Shown: positions 38,360 to 50,557 of the stretch, piece after piece
How positions within the stretch are numbered: position 1 is the stretch's first letter
Layout of the letters: the number at the start of each line of letters is the position of its first letter
From: Chiloscyllium plagiosum
Taxonomy: Eukaryota
DNA: 64,000 bases
Assembly: GCF_004010195.1 (NCBI RefSeq)
Contig: NC_057752.1
Span: forward strand, 3,709,639-3,773,638
Direction: 5' to 3'
Notes under the pieces: generated by a model
What the model saw: only the letters and a program-made list of their open reading frames with translations
Database searches by the model: none
What the model was told of the DNA's origin: nothing
Translations under genes and position numbers: made by a program

Positions 38360-40678
38360 CAAGTCTTGGATACAATCGCTATTGAGTGTTCCTCTCCATT
38401 GGGCCACCTCTGAGCTAATACTACCCTGATGCTGTGCAGGGAGATATCGCATGTCAACACCAGATCTCACTGAGGATCATAGTAGGCCAACACCTTAGAG
38501 GATGATAAAGGTTTCTTCACTTCCCTGAAAGTTATGGCATGGCCAATGGATCCTTTTCAAGGTTGACCCCTTTTTATGAGTTGATGCACGGGTGCAAGGA
38601 TGGAGGCCAGGTTATGTATGAACTTTCCATAATAATTCACCAACAGAAAGAAAGACTGATGTTCCTGCACAGATGTTGGAGCTGAGGCACCTTTGACTGC
38701 CCTCACTCTATCTTCAAATGGGTGTGACCCAGTCTTGTCATCGCTGTTGTCCAAGTAAGTCATTTGCGGTGCCTGGAACACACATTTTTCCCCTCTGGGA
38801 GAAACACCTAAGTACTATGTCCAAGTTCTCTAAGTGTTCCTTATTGGTCTTCCCTGTTATTAACATGTCATCTGGATAAATGGCAACCTGAGGTAGACCT
38901 TGTAAAATGTTCTCCATCGTCCGCTGAAAGATTGCACAGGCTGATGATACCCAAATGGCAGTCTGGTATATCAGCACAAACCCTTATGGGTATTTAATTG
39001 TAGCATACCGCTGGGAATCCTCATCTCACCGCAATTGCAAATACATATGGCTCATGTCCAGCTTTGTAAAGGACAGTCACCCTGCCAGCTTTGTGTACAA
39101 ACCCTCTATGTGAGGGATTGGTATTTATCCAGTGGTGATAAGTGGTTTACTGTTTGTATAAAATACTCACAAAGGTGAGCCAACCCATCGGGCTTCACAA
39201 TCAGTACGCCTGCTGCTGCCCATTTGGTTTGATGATTCCTTCCCTTTCCAGTCTCCCTGATTTCTGCCTGTTTTCACCCATAAGGCATATGGCACTGGGT
39301 GGGTCTTAGAGAATCATGGAACTGTGTCCTGGTCAACATGCAAGGTAGCCTTTGCTCCTTTAACAATCCCTAGACCTTCCTGAAAATCTTACAGGTATTT
39401 AATTAGGACCTCACCTCAGGCAGCCATTTTCTAATCGTGAGCCAATCAAGGTGAATCTCTCTCAATCAATTCCACCCCATCCAGCTTGGGCCCGAGCCTG
39501 TTACTACAGTCACTGAACCAGCTGCTTCTCATATCAGACTGGAACAAAAGTTGTCCCCTTAATCAGTACCAGTTCCCCAGTTTACGTTCTCAGTCTAGCA
39601 GAGGTCATGCATAAACAGAAGGGTTGGAGTTCAGAGTGAATTTTATTAAATACTGGTTCCACAATCCCTGATACAGCCGTGCCAGTATCAACCTCCATTT
39701 GAACTGGGTGACCATTTAACCAGACATTTATTTTGATTGGTTCTGATTTGGATGTTGCTAAGTAATGTAGCTGTTCCAAACCAGATGTAGGTGGGCTTTC
39801 CAGGGTGTGCACTCTCCTGGTTACCAGTCTGTCACTGAGTTCTCTCACTCCATTTCAGTCTAGTGGGACTATCTTGCTATCTTGAATCCACAAACCATCA
39901 GCAACTACACTGGTTTGCCGATCTGGATCCTGAAAAAAAAATGTTAACCATTTGGCCGAGGCTTGGCTTTGTTTTGGGGTTTTGCTGTGGGCTGACAGAG
40001 AGTCCCTCTGCTCGTGATAATGTCCTGAGTGAGACTACACAATTGCCTTCACTCAAGTGGTGTTTCCCAAGCTCAGTCAGACTGGTGAGGTTGCCCACTT
40101 CCATCAGAATACCCTGTAGCTCCCATGCTCCATTTTCTAATGACAAAGCCAGTTGTAGTATCTGTTTGAAGTCCAGTTGGACTTCAGCTAGTAGGTGCGT
40201 TTGCATGGTTACATCATTAATCCTACATACCAAAAAGTTTCTCAGCATCTCATTAAGGGTTAAAGCCTCTGTCAGTCATCTTAGCCTTGTTAAAAATCCT
40301 GATATGGATTCCCCGGTTCTTGAACTGCCAAGTAAACCTGATAATGTCTCAGAATTGGAGTTGTAATTTTCTTTAGCTAACCCTTGAAAAGTTTTTGTAT
40401 CTGATGGCTCAGGGAAAGTTAGGCTCCTCATAACCAAAAAAGCTATGGGTCCACAAGCTGTCAGAAGAATTACTCGTAGATTTTCATCTGCCCCAGTGTC
40501 AGGTGCCCGGAGAAAAAAAAAAACATTCTTTCCACATACTGGGCCCAGTCTTTGACGGCTGGTTCGAATGAGTCAAGCTTCCCAAATAATGGCATGATGC
40601 CAGAAATGCTTACCCCAACTCAAAGACAACTGGTATAAGCGAATTTCTTCAGGAGCATGCTACTCTCTCATCACCACC
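38360..40678 (-). mobile_element. Gypsy/Ty3 LTR retrotransposon internal region (gag, protease, RT, RNase H start), decayed and 3'-truncated
   Basis: gag start MPLFGKLDSF..DWAQYVER at 40595; protease MEVDTGTAVS; RT AIFQRTMENIL..IYPDDMLI, VNYYGKFI; RNase H LAYYDP..VLTCDIS; PBS-like TGGTGATGAG. Confidence 0.9.
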
Positions 40679-40783
40679 TGGTATCCCGTCACCAAGTCAC
40701 CCTTTATTTACAGTTGGAGAGTCCTTGACACTGATCCAGCCCCCTCAGAGCCAGCTCTGAGTGAGCAGAACTTCTAACACTCC

Positions 40784-42238
40784 TTTTTTTTAAAATTTTA
40801 TTATTAACCAGAACAAATTACCAACAAACAGTTAACATGAACAGCCATTTACAAGAAACAGCAATTTACAGGGGAACGGGGCAGCAAATCCAGACCCCAA
40901 ACCTCACCATACAACCAGTTCACAGGGAAAAGAGGATGAACCTCAAATCCCACTTTCAGTCATCATAAAAGTAACAGTAACAAATACATACAAGACAGTC
41001 CAATCAAATGAGAAACAGTGCATAGAATACAGACACCCTCAGCAACCCAGCAAGCCGCCTGTCCCACTCACCTTCCGGCCACTCTAAGGCAGCCCACTAC
41101 CACGCCATGTCCAGCTCTCGGCCCGCTCCACACCCCTACCAGCTTTTGGTCCGCTCCAACACCTTCCGACCACCTCCAGGACAGCCCGTCCCGATTACGC
41201 CTTCTCAGGACGATAGCGCTCAGAACAGCCTACCCACCTTCCGGCTCTCAGGGCGACTGGCATCGGGATGGCCTACCCACACTCCAGCTGTTTGGGCAGC
41301 CTACCCACCTTCAGGTTCACAGGAGGTCCTCCCCACCCTCCAGCTCTCAGTGTGACAGCTTTCAGGATGACCTATAAGCCCACAACTCACAGCAAGGCCT
41401 GCTAGACCCAGGGACACACAAGACAGTGCAGGTGATAATCCCAACAAGCAACAAGACAGAGTCAATTACCAACAAACAGAGTCCTTTCTGGTACACAGAG
41501 TCCATTACCATAAACAGTTCTCTTCAGAATGCAGAATCCATTCCCAGGAACAGAGTCCACTCCAGTTTACAGAATACATTGTTAGAGATAGAGTCCACAA
41601 CCAAAGGCAGAGTCCACTCCTGAAGGCAGCAAATACATACCCCACAGCACACACACAGGTGTTCAGTCTCCATAGAGGCCTGGTTTATCCACAGACAACC
41701 AGGCCAACTCACAGGAACACAGTACATTGTAAAGGTATGGTTAACTCACGGGTTTTGTCCACTCCCGAAGGCAGAATCCACTCCAGGATGCAGCAGATGT
41801 TCACCTCCCAACACACACAATCACAGGTGTTCAGTCTTTACAGAGGCCTAGTCCTCCCACAGAAGGCCAGGCCTACCCACACAGGAACAGTTCATCTGGA
41901 AAGGCGCAGTATCTCACAGGGGGTCAATCCAAACACCAAAGCATAAAACACATGCAAAAAAAAAAAGGAAAGAAAACCAGAATGCGAGGGCTATGCCCTG
42001 CCACAAAAATCAACAGAATTCTTTTCTCAAATTAAAAGAAAAACGAATATCACACAGGCTGCAACCAGCCAGTGAAATAACAGTTCCTATTGAGAACTGA
42101 AATACACCTGTAACGAATTGACTGTTTAGACCAGCCAGTTCAGGAACCAGGTTCCCCCCAAAAAAACACAGAAACCAACTGTAGCAGTACACACTGGCTG
42201 TGTGGCCAGTCAGCTCAGTGTCAGTCACCTGACACAAA
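40784..42238 (-). mobile_element. ~1.45-kb non-coding poly(A) retroposon inserted in the LTR
   Basis: AATAAA plus A-tail at 40784 (minus strand); flanked by duplicated LTR sequence; internal repeats; no recognisable ORF. Confidence 0.65.
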
Positions 42239-42285
42239 TGGAGAGTCTTTGACACTGATCCAGCTCCCTCAGAGCCAGCTCTCAG

Positions 42286-43225
42286 TTTTCTTTCTTTTCC
42301 CAAGTGGCCAGTGACAAACACTGCCCTTCACATCAAAGGGCAGTGTGTGTGATCAAACAGTGAAGGGGAGGGNNNNNNNNNNNNNNNNNNNNNNNNNNNN
42401 NNNNNNNNNNNNNNNNNNNNNNNNNNNNNNNNNNNNNNNNNNNNNNNNNNNNNNNNNNNNNNNNNNNNNNNNNNNNNNNNNNNNNNNNNNNNNNNNNNNN
42501 NNNNNNNNNNNNNNNNNNNNNNNNNNNNNNNNNNNNNNNNNNNNNNNNNNNNNNNNNNNNNNNNNNNNNNNNNNNNNNNNNNNNNNNNNNNNNNNNNNNN
42601 NNNNNNNNNNNNNNNNNNNNNNNNNNNNNNNNNNNNNNNNNNNNNNNNNNNNNNNNNNNNNNNNNNNNNNNNNNNNNNNNNNNNNNNNNNNNNNNNNNNN
42701 NNNNNNNNNNNNNNNNNNNNNNNNNNNNNNNNNNNNNNNNNNNNNNNNNNNNNNNNNNNNNNNNNNNNNNNNNNNNNNNNNNNNNNNNNNNNNNNNNNNN
42801 NNNNNNNNNNNNNNNNNNNNNNNNNNNNNNNNNNNNNNNNNNNNNNNNNNNNNNNNNNNNNNNNNNNNNNNNAGTGTCCCCAAGGCAAGTCCCAGGCAGA
42901 AGCAGTGGATGTGGGCCTCTAACAACAGCAGCAGTGATGGTGGAGGTCCTGGGAGGTGCCCCAAGGCAAGTCCCATGCAGTAGCAGTGAGGCAGGTCCGG
43001 GCGGGGTCCCAGAGACCAGCAGTGGGAGTGGGCCCCAGGTCAGCAGCAACACTCCCTTGACCTGGGTGAGGCCCAGGCTGCAGCTCCAAAAGTAGGCCCA
43101 GGACTCAGAACTCTCACCTCCTCCTCCTGCCTCTGCCTCCTCCTTCTTCCTTCTTCCCTAGAGCTCTCTCGATGTGGGGCAGCTGGTCCAGGGATAGTCC
43201 CTTTCCCCTCTGACACCTTCAAGGA
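42286..43225 (-). mobile_element. Tx1-like LINE ends flanking an assembly gap, inserted in the LTR
   Basis: 42286-42372 is the reverse complement of the 3' UTR of the Tx1-like copy at 52660-52716; GC-rich repeated 5' region 42873-43225. Confidence 0.7.
42373..42872. other. Assembly gap (500 N)
   Basis: Run of N. Confidence 1.
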
Positions 43226-46081
43226 GGAGAGTCCTTGCACACACACGCACATCCAGCTTCCTCAGAAGCAGCTCTCAGAGTGAACAGAACCTCTGACCCT
43301 CCTGTTTATTTCTGTCAGCCAGAGCTCCCTGATTGGACTAGATTAACAGCCCCAATCAGGGAACTCAGATTCTATGAGGTCCATCTGACTGACCTCATTA
43401 CAATCACTGCAATAACATTTCCAATTTTATCATTTCTTCTCAAGATCCAGTTCCTTTGTCCTGGTTGTATTGGTCACTCTGTTCCGTATCCTAGCAATAG
43501 CTGTTATATTTTATATATACTGTGGCGAGCAGAACTGTACACTGTGTTCCGAGTGTTGTCACATCAATGAATATTAAGTGGCAATATTACTTCACTATTC
43601 CAGCTCAACATTAACCTTTTAAGGCATCCCAACATTTGATTTGCTTTACTCACTGTCACTGAGCATGCAAGGGCCACAGGCTACAGATGGGAGACCTCAG
43701 TTTGCAAGTTCCTAGCTTGACAGGTTATCAAGCGTATAACAGTACTTCAACCATAATTGAAGATCTACTGCGGTTATATCATACTCATTGCTTTTTAAGT
43801 TTGATAAGATTTATTTTCTACACTTTCATCTGCACACACTACGTTTATGTCATGTACCCAGACCTGTGGCAAAGTTGCTCTGTAACCACCTGCAAAAAGC
43901 AGTTTAAGGCAACTCCTGGTCTCTCATTATAGGGCAATGCTCTACATTGACAAGGTGCATGAGCAGAATGGCACAACCGAGGTTAGGAATTCAGAATAGT
44001 AACACGTCTTATCCCATGCAAATATCAGATCACCACACCACCATTACAAGACTTACTCCTTTTAACTTTGAGAATCATGGTTCCAGTTCCTTAACTTCAG
44101 TTAAAGGTTCAAGACAGCTAATGTAATATTAGAAATGATCTTTTTCTTTCAGCATTCAACACTTTGACGTATGTGGTATAATCCTTTTGTTTGTGAGCAT
44201 TCCATCAAAAAGGAGCCCTTCAAATAGCACAGGAAGAATCATGTATCTTGCCCTGAACAACTTGCCCTTACAATGCAAAGTTCCTCCTTGGAGTCAAGAG
44301 CTAACATAAAAAGGTCAAATGACAGATCTTCCACTTTCCTAGTCAGACGTGCCCTTTGGCAACATTTCGACATGCACTTTTGTTCCTCCAAAATAATATA
44401 CTATTTCTGGTTTTGCAAGAAAGGATTAACTCTTTGCACTCTTCCAAAGACAGCTCGATCATAAGACAAGGTCAGGTGTATGAGAGGACATGCTGTTAAA
44501 AAATAAATGTCAGGCCGGAGGTAGATTGAAATGGACAGATTTAAGCTTCTTACTTAGGCTCCATCATGGACAAACACCCTGATGGCTTAGTGTGCCCCAT
44601 TGTGTGGTTCCATACGGAGCGATGAAGTGTAAAATGTCCCAGTTTGGTCTGGCAACAGTTGCATCACTACATATGGAGACCGTGGAGCGAGGAAGAGAAA
44701 GAACTGCCAGACTTCATGCTCCTGGTTGCTGTTTCTACTAGACTGTACATTTGGATTGCTTTAATCTCGACTCCAGGACAAATTCCTCACCAACACATAC
44801 AGCCTGGAATCCTGCATTAAGATTAGTAAGGTCTAGAGAAAGCCACTGGCACACATTATAACAGTGTTTCTTTACCAATCAGTATCGTAGAAAGGGCTGA
44901 GGGAATGTGAGTTCGGTCTAAACAGTGCAGTAAAACTCATTCTAGGTTGATACTAAATTGGGCTCTTCGCAAAAGTTTGATGAAGGCTGCTTAATTATAA
45001 ACAGTTATGCCAAGGTGATGGCAAATTGAGAAGAATTGACATTCTTGGAGCTGTTTAACTCAGTTTATCATGTCAGCCTCCAGTGTCTTTCACCAATAGA
45101 CTAGTTAATGGCTGTAGGTTACCTTGGGGAAAAGTTAAATGGCTCCACACCTTTATCTCCAGTCTGGGAGGTGAGATTCACTCCATCTTCCAAGTACAGC
45201 AAGATCTAGGATTCCAACAGCAGGAGGCAAAAATGATGGTCTATGGAGTATCTCTTAAACTAGAGGGAGAATAATTGAATTTGAGTCTCTGTATAACATT
45301 TATTTATCTAAAGCAGTTCTTATTGGATTAAATGTTCTTTGTTTTTACCAAGTGACTTTCTTGAGTTAAATCCAGAAAAAAATCTTATTAAAGCCTGTCA
45401 AATGTTACTTTAGTATCCATTTATAATTTAAATATAGAGTACATTTGTATCGCAATTATCTGCTCTTTAACATGATTGTCATGGATTGAAATTTCAGAAG
45501 GATTTTATTTCTGCAAAACAAAAGGAATTATCTCTTTAAAACCTAACTTTGGAGGGAGGGAGAGGATCTGTAGTTTGAGATTCAATACACACACGCGCAC
45601 ACACACACCCCATTTGGGTGGATGAGCAGCAGATTATGTTGTGCTATCTGGGGCTTGGAGCAGGGAAGAGCCCAGAGCAACATCTGAAGCAGTGAAACTT
45701 CCAAGCACAGATGAAAGAGACGAATAATCTTCTCACTCCCAACGAACTCTAAAATGAATAAGTAAACTCATGCAGACATAAACTATTCATCAAAGTATGA
45801 ATTTTAAAATAATTCCCATGTCATCATTTTATTTACTACTTGGGGGCACAGGTAGAGAAAGAGGCAAGTGTAATGAGGGTCACATTGGCATAATGACATT
45901 AGAAAGATGTGTCACGATCCACTGCATTGAAGGCACACATACACCTACCCAATAAATAAAGCACTCATCAACTTCCTCCCTTCATTAACAATATGAAGGA
46001 CAGACCTATTTGATGTTTGCACAATCTTAATTGTGGACAAAATGGCTGCCACAGTTCCCATAACAGCCACATCATTGCAGA

Positions 46082-46234
46082 GAGTGGTGCTGGAAAAGCA
46101 CAGCAGGTCAGGCAGCATCTGAGGAGCAGGGAAATCGACGTTTTGGGCAAAAGACCTTCATCAGGAATGAGCTGCTGTGCTTTTCCAGCACCACTCTAAT
46201 CTTGACCTCTGATCTGCAGTCCTCACTTTCACCT
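46082..46234. mobile_element. Palindromic Penelope pLTR insertion with 13-bp TSD
   Basis: acatcattgcaga / acataattgcaga flanks; inverted arms; minus-strand hammerhead remnant. Confidence 0.8.
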
Positions 46235-46631
46235 ACATAATTGCAGAAGTCTTTTGAGAACACAATGTGGTTTGAGGTACAACTTGCATCTATATAGAGC
46301 CTTATACTGCAAAGCCCGTTACACGCAATAGATTTTATGTTTGCCTGCAGCAACTGTTACACGGATGAAGAGGGGGGAGGCCTACTCCCTCCACCTCACT
46401 CTCTCTGTAAACAGTGAGATCAATTGGGATCAATATGTGCCCGGAGGAAGTTAAACTGGATTCACTGCATTTTACCTGCCTGCTTTCTGTCAGGCTCAAT
46501 GATTCCAGCACACCAGACTGACATCTGGAAGTATTATCAGCATAATTACTACGACGCCTCAGATTGAAGCGCCTAGCAATATGCTGCCTTTAAATGATCA
46601 GGTCAGGCAGCATCCAGGGAACAGGAGAATC

Positions 46632-46659
46632 AACGTTTCGGGCATAAGCCCTTCTTCAG
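46632..46659 (-). ncRNA. Minimal hammerhead ribozyme motif
   Basis: CTGAAGA-A-GGGC-TTAT-GCCC-GAAAC-GTT. Confidence 0.7.
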
Positions 46660-46935
46660 GAATGAGGAAAGTTTGTCCAGCAGGCTAAGATAAAAGTTAG
46701 GGAGGAGGGACTTGGGGGAGGGGCGTCGGAAATGTGATAGGTGGAAAGAGGTCAAGGTGAGGGTGATAGGTCAGACTGGGGTGGGGGCGGAGAGGTCGGG
46801 AAGAAGATTGCAGGTTAGGAAGGCGGTGCTGAATTCGATGGATTTGACTGAGACAAGGTGGGGGGAGGGGAAATGAGGAAACTGGTGAAACCCGCTACCT
46901 TTTACCTTAGCCTGCTGGACACACTTTCCTCATTC

Positions 46936-46963
46936 CTGAAGAAGGGCTTATGCCCGAAACATC
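46936..46963 (+). ncRNA. Minimal hammerhead ribozyme motif (stem III mutated)
   Basis: CTGAAGA-A-GGGC-TTAT-GCCC-GAAAC-ATC. Confidence 0.65.
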
Positions 46964-47290
46964 GATTCTCCTGTTCCCTGGATGCTGCCTGACCTGCTGC
47001 GCTTTTCCAGCAACACATTTTCAGCTCTGATCTCCAGCATCTGCAGACCTCACTTTCTCCTGCCTTTAAATGATGTCCAGTAATCTGACCGAAACAACAA
47101 AAATACTAGCTTCTGAAACTAGCTTGCCATGGTCATGAAATGTTCGAAGTGTGGCACATGAGCAATTCCCTCTGATTAGGGATTTCATTTGGACAGCCAC
47201 TTCCATGAATTGCAGGTTTCCCTCTCCATATCTTTTAGTTGTTGCCTCGTTACATATTTGGACATTTAGAAATTACGGTATCCACTTCAG

Positions 47291-47599
47291 GGGTGGCACG
47301 GTGGCCCAGTGGTTAGCACTGCTGCCTCATACACCAGGGTCCCAGGTTTGATTCCAGCCTTGGGCGACTGTCTGTGTGGAGTTTGCGCATTCTCCCCGTG
47401 TCTGCGTGGGTTTCCTCCGGGTGCTCCGGTTCCCTTCCAAAGATGTGCAACGGTTCAGGTGAACTGGCTGTGCTCAATTGCCCGTAGTGCTAGGTGCACT
47501 AGTCAGAGGGAAATGGGTCTGGGTGGGTTACTCTTCGGAGGGTCAGTGTGGACTGGTTGGGCTGAAGGACCTGTTTCCACACTGTAGGGAATCTAATCT
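47291..47599 (+). mobile_element. HE1/V-SINE-like
   Basis: A/B boxes, V core, tail. Confidence 0.85.
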
Positions 47600-47913
47600 C
47601 CGAGAGACAGATGAAATCTTACATTTTCCACCTCCCATGTCAATGCGGCCACTAACCACGGGAATGAGCTGTAGTGATAGGCTTGAATACCTGATTTCAA
47701 CATTCAACATTGATTTGTGTCACTTTCCTCATTAACGCCTACGTTGTCTTCACAGTGGGGCAACATGATTTGTTCCTTCGCCAAAACACTGAAGGTGTGA
47801 AGGACTTAATGACATAATCTTGCCTGACAGTCCTATGTTTTCCAGAGGGACTGCTCCATTCTCGGAGGTGCTGCCTTTTGAATGAAACTTAAATCAGACA
47901 TCTTCCTACTCAG

Positions 47914-48560
47914 GTCAAGAGTCAAGAGGAGCTTTATTTGCTATTTCTACCATATGCGACTGATACAGCAAAAACCAGACAGCGTTCCTCCAGGACCAAG
48001 GTGCTACATGGACAGTGCAAACTACACGATCATACACAGGGCAGCATAAAGTGCAAAACACGCAAGACAGCACAGTAATTCCTGACACTTCAAGACAACA
48101 GGCAGTGGTGTACAAATTAAAGTGTAATTAAAGAATGATAATTAATAAAACATTGTTCTAGCAGCAATTCGTAGTTGTGCAAAGAGTTTCAGATAGAATA
48201 GAGTCTGATCATACAGTGTTAAGGAGCCTGATGGTCCGGGGGAAGAAACTGTTGCATAGTGAGAGACCGAATGCTCTGGTATCTTCTGCCACATGGCAGG
48301 AGGGAATAGAGTTTGAGGGAGGGACGAGTGGGCTCTTCCATAATGCTCTTAGTCTTTTGGAGACAGCGTGTGGTGTAAATGTCTGTAATGGAGGGAGGAG
48401 AGACCCCGATGATGCTCTCAGCTGCCCTCACTATCCAGCGTAGGGTCTTATGATCTGAGACGGTGCACTTCCCAAACCAGGCAGTGAAGCAGCAGCTCAG
48501 GGTACTCTCAATGAGCCCTCTGTAGAATGTGGTGAGGATGGGAGGGGTGGGGGGTGACAT
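47914..48560 (-). mobile_element. Rex1/Babar LINE 3' end
   Basis: TFYRGLIESTLSCCFTAWFGKC..LRWIVRAAESIIG..LLPCGRRYQSIR; short tandem tail. Confidence 0.85.
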
Positions 48561-48834
48561 TAAGCACATTCAGAGAGGAGCAATGGGGTGGTTCATCAAG
48601 CATACTGGTAGAGTCCCTACCTCTGAGCTAGGAGTCCCAATTTCAAGGCGTGTAACAACATCTCTGAATAGGCTGATCCTCAGAGAGATTCGAGGAGTTG
48701 TCCCAGTGTTCTGCTCAGCATTCCTACCTCAATTAACAATACCAAAAAAAAAAGTGACTGTTCATTCATCCCTTTAATACGGGTTGAATCGATGGACAAA
48801 ATGGCTGCTGCTTTCATCCACGTGAGTAAGCATT

Positions 48835-49210
48835 AGCTCAATGAATCAGAAGGTCCCGGGTTCAAGACCCTTTCTCAAGTCTTCGGCACATTAATCAAAG
48901 CTGACATTTCGGTATCGAACTGAGGGAGTGCTGCACTGTCAGAGGTGTCACCTTTCTGTTGTAATGTTCAAACAAGGTCCCATTTATCCTGTTGGGGGCC
49001 CGATTTGAAGAAGAGCGAAGCAATTCTCCACGATGTCTAGGCCCATATTTATGTCTCAACCAACACCTAACAGAGAACATCTGATCATCTGGGGGATGCC
49101 ACTGCATGCAAAGTGGCTGCCACATTCCCTACATTACAATAGTGGCCACAGTCCATTGGCTGTAAAATGTCCTGAGGTCATGAAAGGTGATAGAAGATGT
49201 GATGCACTTA
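48835..49210 (+). mobile_element. Old Deu-domain-like SINE
   Basis: gggttcaag head, actgagggagtgctgcactgtcagaggtg core, ggctgccacattccctacattac tail; fragments also at ~17770 and ~47845. Confidence 0.65.
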
Positions 49211-49469
49211 TGATGTTTGAGAGATGTGACTGGAAAATCTTTTTCATCATTTCAACCACAGATATTACTATTGGAAAGAGCAATTACTTGAAAACCTGCT
49301 TTTGAAGATTATTGACTAAGCCTCATACCATGCTGCGATGTGAGGTTGGAGATCTAATTGAGGTTCAGAGGTTATCCAGGGAGCAGGCATTGGTCTGCCT
49401 GGGAGTTACAACATCTGACTGGAACATGTCCCAAGCCAGCCCGATTTTTTATTTGTCAGTGCCAGCTGT

Positions 49470-49780
49470 CCCTCTATTGGAGGATGACGTCAACTTCGGG
49501 TTGCGGGTTCCTGTCGTGGGGTCTTCATTCACTGAGCAGGCTCCTTCTCAATCTGCAGATTTTTGGGCATGTGGGATCGGTCACCTCACAAGCGAGTGGG
49601 ATCCAGAGAGCAGGGTTCTTTTCTTTCCTTCTCAGCCGCCATTCTGCCTCATACGGTATTTCGACACAAAGCAAGATGCAGTTTATTGGACAACTTGCCT
49701 CCATTTTGAACAACTGTCCTTCCATCCATTCCTGTCAATGCTGCTGATATTCCCTGTACTGGTGTCACTTGATGAGTTTC
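49470..49780 (-). mobile_element. RTE-like LINE 3' remnant
   Basis: IDRNGWKD..SKWRQVV and RLRRKE...PTCPKICR..LLS resemble the RTE C-terminus. Confidence 0.55.
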
Positions 49781-50069
49781 TGGTAATGATGAGATGTAAA
49801 TGGCAGAAGTAATAGCGAGGATTCAAACAGCAAAGTCCATCAGTGAAAAACAAACACAAATGGTGGCATGAGGCCATTCCATTTCAAAAATTCATAAAAA
49901 ATATCTTTATGTTCGTTTCTGTACAATGGCATATGAAGAAACAAACAAACATTGGAGTTTTACTCCATCCAACAAACAAACCCTTGGCATTCCTGAATTG
50001 TGCGAGACTGTATTTCCATGCACTTGAGACACCAGGAGAGTCTGATAACTGAACGGAGCCTCAGTTAAC

Positions 50070-50200
50070 TTCAGCAGACAGTGGTCTTTCCCCACCATGC
50101 CTTGGCAGCAGCTGCCCCAGGCTTTACTACATCCCTCAGCGTGTCATCCTGGACCTTGGAACGTGCCAGTCTGTAACACTCAGTCAAGGCCAACTGAGTA
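50070..50200 (-). mobile_element. Tx1-like LINE ORF2 C-terminal fragment
   Basis: LTECYRLARSKVQDDTLRDVVKPGAAAAKAWWGKTTV. Confidence 0.6.
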
Positions 50201-50283
50201 AAAATGTGCAAAAGGTGACAAAGATGTCCCTCAGCTCCTCTGCAAGCTATTGCTTCAGTGGCTGCAGGGGACAGTAGTTGGAG

Positions 50284-50557
50284 TAGATTAATTAGAGTAG
50301 ATTCCCTACAGTATGGAAACAGATCCTTTGGTCCAACAAGCCCACACCGATCCTCCGAAGAGCAATCCACCCACCCATTCCCTACATTTACCCCTGACTA
50401 ATCCACCTGACACTACGGGCAATTTAGCATGGCCAATTCACCTAACCTGCATATCTTTGGACTGTGGGAGGAAACCGGAGCACCCGGAGGAATCCCACGC
50501 AGACACAGGGAGAATGTGCAAACTCCACACAGACAGTTCCCCAAGGTGGGAATTGAA
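50284..50557 (-). mobile_element. HE1/V-SINE-like
   Basis: Reverse complement of the SINE consensus. Confidence 0.85.

Larger units (their letters stand above)
40679..43411 (-). mobile_element. 5' LTR of the Gypsy element, split by two nested insertions
   Basis: TG start at 43411 (minus); LTR pieces at 40679-40783, 42239-42285 and 43226-43411; AATAAA on the minus strand near 40703-40708; adjacent to the PBS. Confidence 0.8.
46599..47059. mobile_element. Penelope pLTR inverted-dimer insertion with 15-bp TSD
   Basis: ctgcctttaaatgat at 46584-46598 and 47060-47074; ~95-bp inverted arms. Confidence 0.88.

Noticed and set aside
42328..43052. ORFs of 186-239 aa
   Set aside because: Artefacts spanning the 500-N gap
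49312..49812. 166-aa plus-strand ORF
   Set aside because: Antisense to an RTE-like remnant; no recognisable domain
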